DNA of 64,000 nt from an uncultured Myxococcales bacterium (GTDB lineage Bacteria; UBA10199; 2-02-FULL-44-16; JAAZCA01), in NCBI GenBank assembly GCA_964480565.1, contig CAYZSU010000003.1, forward strand, positions 1,415-65,414. Direction: 5' to 3'. The position numbers were made by a program, and so were the translations under genes. Under the pieces are notes generated by a model. It did not search any database, had not been told where the DNA came from, and worked only from the letters and a program-made list of their open reading frames with translations. Shown piece by piece: positions 9,027-17,000 of the stretch (within the stretch, counting starts at the first letter, position 1; the number at the start of each line of letters is the position of its first letter).

Positions 9027-9348
9027 AACTTGAAAAACTTAGGGCGAAGGCTGAGTTAAAACTAAAGCAAGAAAGGCTGTATTAAAAAGGACAATGCTTG
9101 CACTGTAATAAAATATATTTTTCATATCTAGCCTCCTTTGAAGTTCGTCTATAAAAAAGAATATTGAACCCAGCATGATCCGCCACACGGTCATCACCGT
9201 CCTAAATTTTCCAATCACATTTCAAAGAACTACAGGACTATTCATTTTAACATAGCCACGTATAGATTTAACCATTCGTAGAAAATTTTGATGTGCTTAC
9301 TATGTGCTTGCTAGAAAAAAATGGGGCTGCTGCAAAAGACCGTAACCT

Positions 9349-9407
9349 GTTGAAATTGCTGAGCCGAGAATCGGAATTGAACCGACGACCTGCTGATTAC
9401 GAATCAG
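9349..9407. repeat. attR: 59-bp direct repeat, overlaps the 3' 46 nt of tRNA-Thr
   Basis: Identical to 1498..1556. Confidence 0.85.
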
Positions 9408-9434
9408 CTGCTCTACCAACTGAGCTATCTCGGC
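9362..9434 (-). tRNA. tRNA-Thr (anticodon CGT), 73 nt; integration target of the island
   Basis: Cloverleaf folded by eye on the reverse complement: GCCGAGA acceptor, GCTC/GAGC D-stem, GCTGA-TTCGTAA-TCAGC anticodon arm, TTCAATT T-loop. Confidence 0.85.
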
Positions 9435-9444
9435 TAAAATAATG

Positions 9445-9528
9445 TACCGAAGGCCGGATTTGAACCGGCACAAGCTAGTGCTCGGCAGATTTTGAATCTG
9501 CTGCGTCTACCAATTCCGCCACTCCGGC
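9445..9528 (-). tRNA. tRNA-Leu (anticodon CAA), type II with long variable arm, 84 nt
   Basis: Reverse complement GCCGGAG...GCAGA-TTCAAAA-TCTGC...variable arm...CCGG-TTCAAAT-CCGG...CTTCGGT-A. Confidence 0.8.
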
Positions 9529-9533
9529 AATGT

Positions 9534-9743
9534 CTATTCTGATTTGGAGTTATTAGTCGTTTCAGCGGGAATTACAAGGCCATTTGCGATTTCACGCAAT
9601 GCAGTTACTGTTTCCCGGTTTTTGCATTTAACTAATGGGTTTGCACCTTGATGAAGTTGCTTAGTGCGTGCGCTTGCTGTATGTACAAGTGCAAAACGAT
9701 TTTCAACTCTCTCTAAACAATCTTCTACAGTAACTCTGGCCAT
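9534..9743 (-). CDS. rpoZ: DNA-directed RNA polymerase subunit omega
   Basis: [30 protein letters not shown] is the conserved RpoZ N-terminus. Confidence 0.85.
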   Translation of the reverse strand: MARVTVEDCLERVENRFALVHTASARTKQLHQGANPLVKCKNRETVTALREIANGLVIPAETTNNSKSE

Positions 9744-9930
9744 ATAATTTACTCCTAAATAACGTATAAACTAAGTTGCCGATCTATAATGTCTATTCGA
9801 TGTGAAGTCAAGTGTGAAAATACGAATATGGGCTTGTTTAATAAAGTTCTACCAAAATGATAAACTGTCAAATTTATTGCAGTGATTTTATTGAGTTAAG
9901 GAATTTCCCATTGAAGTGTGGGGCGGCTAT

Positions 9931-9970
9931 CAAAATGGACAATTTGTGGGATTGTTTAAAAATGCCGGAT
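9931..9970. repeat. Copy A of a 40-bp motif AAAATGGACAATTTGTGGG-RTTG...AAAAATGCC, also at 48934..48970
   Basis: First 19 bp identical to the second copy and about 35/40 overall; lies about 90 bp upstream of the 897-aa gene. Confidence 0.6.
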
Positions 9971-10056
9971 ATTATGTATGTTTTGATAATAATTTTTTTT
10001 AATGGTATTGTTTTTGCAATGATGGATGCTATTGTCGCTTATAAATAAGGAAACCA

Positions 10057-12750
10057 ATGACTATGAATCTAAAAAAATCGATATATTGCTTATTTATTTT
10101 TGTTTTAGTTAGTTGTCTCAGTCAAACATCGTTTTCGCACCAATTTGACCTAAGTACAGTGGACGAACTCGTGGATGTTGAAAATACATCGGGTCGAATG
10201 ATTGTGGGACAGAATGATCATTTCTATATCTGCTATATTGATCGTCAAGAAAATGATTTAAAATTAGCGGAGTATGATGGGCAGGCATGGAATACGTCAA
10301 CAATTGTGGATGATCCAGCGGGTAATGCAGTTGTTGGTCGATATTGTTCGATTATTGAAGACAATTTGCAAAATTTACATATTCTTTATTTGACAGATTC
10401 CAATAGCAATACGATTCGCCACGTGTATCAGCAAGAACAGGCATGGATTGATGAGCATGTAGCGGATAATGTGCGGGCTGCGTTTTCACCGGTGGGTAGT
10501 AGCCGAATAAGCGTTGCTTTGAATGGAAATAATAAAATTGCTATGGCAGTTTATGATTCATCATTAAAAAATTTGATGTATATCGAGCAATTGGACAATG
10601 ATACTTGGGATGTACAAACTCTTGTTAGTAATGGTGATGTAGGGCGCTATGCATCAATTGCCTTTGATTTACAGGGCAATCCTATCATAATATATTCGGC
10701 GATGGAATTTGATGCGATTGCTCAGCGGAGTTTTGCACGGTTATATAAAATATGGCGAGATGGCGATCAGTGGCAGACATCAGAGCAGATATCAACTTCG
10801 GGCAGTTATAATGATTTTTTAATCGATGCGCAAGGACGAGGCCATTTGATTTATTCTACAGGGTCGGAGTTATATTATCGCCGATGGGTTGATGATCAAT
10901 GGCAAGGTGCCTATTTAATTGATCGCTCGACCTATGTGGGTATGTATTGCAATATGTATATGGATGTGGCGGGTAATTTGTTTATTGTCTATCAGGATAA
11001 ATATCGCAGCGCGCTATTTCCAGATCTCAATCAGTTAAAATTGGCATCGCTTTACTTTCAAACCACGGATTGGTTTTCAAGCGTATCAACGGAAACGATT
11101 ACTTTTTCAGGTATGGGGCAGGGATTGCAAAATCAGTATAGTCCATCCATTGGGATTACTGATGATTATCAAATGAGACTCACATGGTTAGAATCCTATG
11201 ATGCGCCAAATAATGAAACAAATCATAGGCTAAAAATTGCAGCGCTTCGCAATTGGCAATCGCGAATTGCCTTGATTACGCCAAATGCAGATGATCATGA
11301 TGCCACGGAAGAATTTGATTTTGAATGGTATTATTTTGATCCTGAAAATGAATCAACCATTCAGATTCACTATTATCAAGATTTTAATGATCAGCATGTA
11401 TTTCAAACTAATATTCATACTTCAAATCAGAGTTTGCATGAAGTCATCGATGTAGCGGATCTTGTGGCGGGATCCTATACTATTAAAGCGAGTATTACGG
11501 ATGATGCTAATCCGAGTGTAGAGTTTAATGCGGTTCACGCATTGGAGATCAATAATCGAGTACCCAACCAGCCATCACTTGTATCTCCTGAGCATGAAGC
11601 GACAGTGACAAGTGCATTGCCAGATCTAACCGCGAGTACTGTCACTGATTTGGATGGGGATGATGTGGTATATGTGTTTCAAGTATATCGCGATGATGCG
11701 GGACAGGACTTAGTGACAGAGTCTGCAGATATACAGGTTGTGCCAGGGGCGGATGATGTTGTATGGCGTGTGGATATTGCGCTAGATGATGGCAATACCT
11801 ATTATTGGCGTGTCAGGGCAGTCGATGAACACGATAATATGAGTGATTGGACGGACTATCGTTCATTTGATGTGGATATTGCGCATGCACCGACGCAACC
11901 AAAAGATATTCAAATTAATCTTGCGAATCATGCAATGCGTCCTATTATTTCCTGGGATAATAGTGTGGATATAGATGACGATGATATTCATTATAATGCA
12001 GTTATTTGTATAGATCAGCAATGTGCCACTGTTTTTATATCGGATGATGCTGTTATAGAGGACTTTTCAGGTCGATCTTCATGGCAGATAGATCAGGATT
12101 TAGATGCGGGGGATTATTATACTCGTGTGCGCGCCATTGATATTACGAATTCCAGTAGTATTTGGTCGACTACAATTGATTTTCAAATTGATGTGCCAGT
12201 TCAAGAGCCTGAAGAGCCTGAAGAGCCTGAAGAGCCTAACGCCGAACCATCAAATGATTTGCAAAATAATGATGACGATCTTGTACAAGATGAGGAGTCA
12301 ATTGATACTCCAGCAATAGATGAGCAAGATGATACCGCGCAATTGCAAGATGACACTGAAAACGATGATGCGGCGGAACAAGAAGCAACGGAGGATAACT
12401 CTGGTCAAAGTGGAGACGTGAGCGCTTCTGCCAAAGGGGGCTGTCAAATGATTGCCAATGATTATGAGCAAGATATATCATTATATATGGTCATGATTAT
12501 TTGTATGAGTATATGTGGGTATAGGCGAATCACCCTAAAATACGTTTTTCGAAGGCTTGGTCAGTCTGCTTTGCTTCAGATTCGTTCGTCATCGCGAGAG
12601 GCCCGACGGGCAATGTGGCGATCCAGCTTGGGATTGCTTCGTCACTTCGTTCCTCGCAATGACACAGTATTGGTACAACATCTCGTTTTTAGATCGAAGT
12701 TACGAAAGATGTCAGGGAGTGTTCTTATTGAATTTCCTGCCCAATATTAA
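10057..12750 (+). CDS. Large secreted repeat protein (897 aa): signal peptide, Y/W-rich beta-propeller-like repeats, FN3/Ig-like domains with YYWRVRAVD motif, acidic low-complexity region, C-terminal tail overlapping a palindromic repeat element
   Basis: Signal peptide MNLKKSIYCLFIFVLVSCLSQTSFS; repeated x-Y-x-W blocks; GNTYYWRVRAVDEHDNMSDW; EPEEPEEPEEP. Confidence 0.6.
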   Translation: MTMNLKKSIYCLFIFVLVSCLSQTSFSHQFDLSTVDELVDVENTSGRMIVGQNDHFYICYIDRQENDLKLAEYDGQAWNTSTIVDDPAGNAVVGRYCSIIEDNLQNLHILYLTDSNSNTIRHVYQQEQAWIDEHVADNVRAAFSPVGSSRISVALNGNNKIAMAVYDSSLKNLMYIEQLDNDTWDVQTLVSNGDVGRYASIAFDLQGNPIIIYSAMEFDAIAQRSFARLYKIWRDGDQWQTSEQISTSGSYNDFLIDAQGRGHLIYSTGSELYYRRWVDDQWQGAYLIDRSTYVGMYCNMYMDVAGNLFIVYQDKYRSALFPDLNQLKLASLYFQTTDWFSSVSTETITFSGMGQGLQNQYSPSIGITDDYQMRLTWLESYDAPNNETNHRLKIAALRNWQSRIALITPNADDHDATEEFDFEWYYFDPENESTIQIHYYQDFNDQHVFQTNIHTSNQSLHEVIDVADLVAGSYTIKASITDDANPSVEFNAVHALEINNRVPNQPSLVSPEHEATVTSALPDLTASTVTDLDGDDVVYVFQVYRDDAGQDLVTESADIQVVPGADDVVWRVDIALDDGNTYYWRVRAVDEHDNMSDWTDYRSFDVDIAHAPTQPKDIQINLANHAMRPIISWDNSVDIDDDDIHYNAVICIDQQCATVFISDDAVIEDFSGRSSWQIDQDLDAGDYYTRVRAIDITNSSSIWSTTIDFQIDVPVQEPEEPEEPEEPNAEPSNDLQNNDDDLVQDEESIDTPAIDEQDDTAQLQDDTENDDAAEQEATEDNSGQSGDVSASAKGGCQMIANDYEQDISLYMVMIICMSICGYRRITLKYVFRRLGQSALLQIRSSSREARRAMWRSSLGLLRHFVPRNDTVLVQHLVFRSKLRKMSGSVLIEFPAQY
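12205..12237. repeat. Tandem 9-bp repeat (gaagagcct, about 3.7 copies) encoding EPEEPEEPEEP in the 897-aa protein
   Basis: Read directly in the sequence. Confidence 0.8.
12588..12665. repeat. Palindromic REP/MITE-like element (imperfect inverted arms gtcatcgcgagagg / cctcgcaatgac); its right arm is 32/35 identical to 49166..49200 in inverted orientation
   Basis: Reverse complement of 12631-12665 is gtgtcattgcgaggaacgaagtgacgaagcaatcc versus 49166-49200 gcgtcattgcgaggagcgaagtgacgaagcaattc. Confidence 0.65.
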
Positions 12751-12803
12751 TAGCGTCTATTATGTTTTTATAGATGCAAGATGCGCTGAAATATTCATTT
12801 CTT

Positions 12804-13814
12804 CTACCACTCATCTTTTAACAGATCTTGCTTGATCCGCTCCAAAATTGAATTTCCTTTTTTAAACTTCATCTGCAAGAGAAATGCATGCAATGTAGAT
12901 AAAATTGAATTTCCTTCCTGAGGGATAAAGGCCCAACCTTTTATATTAGTGCTACTGGTAATAAGATTTTCTGAAAGAACGATGGCATGTGAAAAAAGTC
13001 TTCCCTGGAAACCGTATCGCCTGCCAAGATCAAAAACAATATTGGAATCAAATTTTCGAGTTGAAGCTAAAAAAGAATTTGATTTAATTAAATCGGATAT
13101 GTCTAGTGATAAAGGTTTTTTAAGAGTAATGTTAAATCGAGCGGTATGCATTAATTGGCTGGGTGTCGTTATGTCAGAAGAATATAGATTACAAGGGACA
13201 TTAATTGTTTTAAACATATCTACAACATCAATTGCATGATGTGTCCCAATTTTTAAATCCTGGTGGCGAGAAACAACATGAGCTGAAACAAGGCGTTCAT
13301 GATTTGCAAGATCATCGGATCTTCTTACAATAACCATGTCTGCATGAGATAGGTTGTCGAGTTTTTTTCCAGTGATTGTTGAGAGAAGTGACGCTATAGC
13401 ATGCGTATTGCAAGATACGACATTGACAAAACGTTTTCCAAAAATAATATTATCATTAATACCTGTCATAAACAAGGTGCCAAATCCTTTTTCACTTCCT
13501 TGAGCAGAGGCTTTGATTGTTTGGATTGATTTATAGTTATTGAGGTTTTGTAAGCCAATCCCATTGGCTGTTGCCTCAAAGATATAATCAATTTTATTAA
13601 TTATTGTATTTAAGGGCAGATATTTTGAATTTGAAGATGTTGTGCAAAGTTTGACGTTCATTGCTTCTAATATATCTCGTTCAATTTTATTCCAAGGATG
13701 AATGGAATGTTTGCAGGCATAAATTTGGTCAATATCAAGGTTGCTTTGATAACGAACCAGCAAATTAATAAGGGTTGTTCCAATGTTTCCTGTGCCATTT
13801 ACTAGAACTCTCAT
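12804..13814 (-). CDS. Type II (archaeal-type) glyceraldehyde-3-phosphate dehydrogenase family protein (336 aa)
   Basis: MRVLVNGTGNIGTTL (Rossmann GxGxxG), VVSCNTHAIA (archaeal GAPDH catalytic SCNTT motif), VIVRRSDDL and GTHHAIDV match the VIVRRGADP / PSHHGPDV blocks of archaeal GAPDH as I recall them. Confidence 0.65.
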   Translation of the reverse strand: MRVLVNGTGNIGTTLINLLVRYQSNLDIDQIYACKHSIHPWNKIERDILEAMNVKLCTTSSNSKYLPLNTIINKIDYIFEATANGIGLQNLNNYKSIQTIKASAQGSEKGFGTLFMTGINDNIIFGKRFVNVVSCNTHAIASLLSTITGKKLDNLSHADMVIVRRSDDLANHERLVSAHVVSRHQDLKIGTHHAIDVVDMFKTINVPCNLYSSDITTPSQLMHTARFNITLKKPLSLDISDLIKSNSFLASTRKFDSNIVFDLGRRYGFQGRLFSHAIVLSENLITSSTNIKGWAFIPQEGNSILSTLHAFLLQMKFKKGNSILERIKQDLLKDEW

Positions 13815-14016
13815 AGTAATTCCAAGTTAAATGATGGATGTATTTTTAGCAACCCCTCAAGATAATTTTATGGACAAGAGCGTTGAGGAGCACTACTTGA
13901 GAAATTCATGGATTATTTTCGAGCATATGAAATCTTTCTGATGAATATTGTTTTTATTCATGGCATGATAAAAAAAATGATTGTTTTATGGGTGCTTTTT
14001 TGACTTAGGAGATATA

Positions 14017-17000
14017 ATGAAATTAAAATTAATTTTATTCGTCTTAATTATGTTATTGGTCCAGTCAGGTGTTGCAGTATTTGCATTGGCGGATTTCAAT
14101 GAACAAAAACAGTTAAAGATAATGCGTGTTACCCCAAGTGGAAAAGATGTGTCAATTGGGCAACAGCTTGTTTTTCAGTATAATCGTCCTGTTGTTCCTA
14201 TCGGTCGCATGGCGCGCAATAATAGTGACATACCCGTTAATATTTCTCCAAAATTAAATTGCCAATGGTATTGGATAAATACCAGTGCGCTTGCGTGCCA
14301 ATTGGATAATAAAAATAAGATGCAGGCAGCAACCAAGTACACTGTCACCATGAATCCCGGTATACGTGCCAAAGATGGTGCAACGATTGATGCGGTTTAC
14401 ACTCATAGTTTTATTACACAACGTCCTCAGATGCGTTATTTTCAGTTTTATGATTGGCAAGGCCCTGGAACACCTATTATTAGGCTTACTTTTAATCAAT
14501 CGGTGAGTAGATCTTCTGTAGAGAAATACATTGCATTTGTTTATCGTAAAAAAGGAGTCGATAATGCATATATTACGCATGGCATAACAGTTGAAAAAGA
14601 TCCAAATGATCGGGAGGATCCCATTTATATTGCTGTTTCAGGCTCAAATAACAGCAATGAATTAATAGGAGAAGAGGCCAGAAGGCGATGGCTTATTTCT
14701 CCGAAAAAAGAGCTATTGCTTGATACCCGTATTGATTTGAAAGTGACACCTGGTCTTGTTTCTGCATTAGGAAAAGAGCCTGGAGTTGAGGATAGAGTTC
14801 TTATAACTTTTCATACATTTCCGGAGTTTGCCTTTTTGGGTGTGATCTGCACAACAAATGATGACAATGATATACTGATTACAAAAGAAAATAATCACAA
14901 AATTGGCAAGTGCAATCCACTTGAACACACCGCACTTTCTTTTTCTACGCCTGTAGTAAATTCACAAATTAAGAATAATATTCTTATTCATCCTAATCTG
15001 GCAGGTAATAGAAACGATTATGACCCATGGGCAAACACTTGGGATTATTCACAGCTAGATCGTGCTCATAAAAAAGGTATGCGCTATAATGTATGGTTGC
15101 CAGAGTATTTAAAGGCAGTACAAACTTATACGCTTGCAACATTGCCTGCAGATTTAGATGCCATTGACAAAATAAAATCACTATTTGTTGATATACGGTC
15201 GTCTGATTTAGAAGATGAATTTGGTCGCGTATTAAAAGAGCCAATAGATATAACATTTTTTACCGATCATCGTAAGCCAAATTTTGAGCTGCTATATCGA
15301 ACTGCAGTATTGGAAAAACAGGTCAACTCTGATCTTCCCCTGTATATGACCAATCTTGATCGCATTATGCTTAATTATAAAAAATTAACCATTAATGGGG
15401 TGAAGGATAGTCAATTATTTACTCTTGATGATATTCCGCAGGTAGAGGATGTGCAATTTGTAGTTCCAATGCATGTGCGAGATATGCTTGAAAATAAAAG
15501 TGGTGCTATCTATGGAACAGTTGAAACGAAACCGCATGTAGAAAAATCGCCAATAGAGCGAGTGTTCTTTGCAAGTGTCAGTCCATATCAGTTACATGTA
15601 AAAGTGGGGCATTATAATACACTCGTATGGGTGACTGATTTAGCGACTGGTGAGCCTGTCAATAATGCTCATGTACAAATATATAAGGATAAGGTCAGCA
15701 ATCTTTCTTCCAGCTTTAATGCCTTGGATAAAGGCTATACAAATGCATCGGGATTGGTATTGCTAAAAGGAATGCATATATTGAATCCGACACTTGATTT
15801 ATTCAGGTACTGGTGCACTGATGAAAGTCAAAATGATTGTGATCGTTTATTTGTACGTGCTGACAATGCCGGTGAAATGGCGGTAATGCCGCTGCAAGAA
15901 GAATTCGAATTAAGCATTTATCGTGCTTCTAATGATACTATTTGGCCAAGGATAAAAAGGAAATACGGCCATATTCATACATGGGGAACAACTGCACAGG
16001 GTGTTTATCGCGCGGGTAAAACTATGCAATACAAGTTCTATGTGCGGGATCAAAATAATGATCACTATGTTCCTGCACCTAATAAGTCTTATACGCTTGA
16101 GATTGTTGACCCTACTGGAAAAACAGTGCATGAAATTACGGATATTACCTTGTCAACATTTGGTAGTTATAGCGGTGAATATACTGTGCCGGAAAATGCA
16201 GCCGTTGGATGGTATCGTTTTAAATTGAGCAGTAGTTTTACCCATTATACATGGCAGCCCATGCGCGTATTGGTCAGTGATTTTTCTCCTGAGTCATTTA
16301 AAGTAAGGACTTCTCTGAATGGTGATTTATTTCATCCTGGAGATAATGTCGAAGTGTCAAGTGCTGCCAAGCTTTATTCCGGTGGTGCCTATACTGATGC
16401 AGAGGCTAGAACTACAGTCATATTAAGGAGTGCTTATTTTTCATCACCACATCCGATAGCCAATGAGTTTACATTCGATAGCTACAAGCATCAATCATTA
16501 AAAAAAGTTTTCCAGAAAATTGATAATGTCGATAATAAGGGTGAAATCAGTCATACATTTCCATTGCCCAGGGAGGATATTATTTATGGGCGTTTAACAG
16601 TAGAGAGTGCCATACGTGATGATCGTGGAAAATATATCGCTGCGAGCGCAACAGCAGATTATATTGCGCTAGATCGATTGGTCGGTTTAAAACATACCAA
16701 ATGGTTTTATGAAGAAGATAAATTAGCGCAAATTAAATATATCGTGGTGGATAAATACGGAGTGCCAATTGCAAATACACAGGTGCTATTGGATATAAAT
16801 CGTTTGCAGACAAAGGTTGCCAAGGTCAAAGGGGCGGGGAATGTCTATCTTACAAATTATATTGATGAATGGATTCCTTCTGGAACCTGTAAAGGTATGT
16901 CTAAGGTTGAACCACTACAGTGTGACTTTATTCCTGAAGAACCAGGCACTTATAAAGTCACTGCAACGATTAAAGATACAAAAGGCAATGCGCATTCTAC

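Larger units (their letters stand above)
1498..9407. mobile_element. About 7.9-kb integrative genomic island (P4-like integrase plus AlpA) inserted at the 3' end of tRNA-Thr(CGT); cargo of unknown function
   Basis: 59-bp direct repeats at both ends; tyrosine integrase adjacent to attL; AlpA-family excisionase-like gene; intact tRNA at the attR side. Confidence 0.8.

Noticed and set aside
9931-9970. The repeated motif TGGACA-N5-TGGG as a sigma-54 (-24/-12) promoter
   Set aside because: Sigma-54 needs a GG at -24 and a GC at -12 (TGGCAC-N5-TTGC). The -12 GC is absent in both copies.
9857-10048. 63-aa ORF upstream of the 897-aa gene
   Set aside because: The composition is AT-rich and hydrophobic, it has no RBS, and it overlaps the 40-bp shared motif and the likely promoter or leader of the downstream gene. 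It is most likely non-coding.
12205-12237. Tandem repeat as a CRISPR array
   Set aside because: The units are 9 bp, contiguous and in-frame coding (EPEEP). No spacers or cas genes are present anywhere in the window.
12557-12835. 92-aa ORF spanning the palindromic repeat and the convergent intergenic region
   Set aside because: It overlaps the 3' end of the 897-aa ORF and the repeat element, and has no RBS. It is an artefact of an open frame through a repeat.
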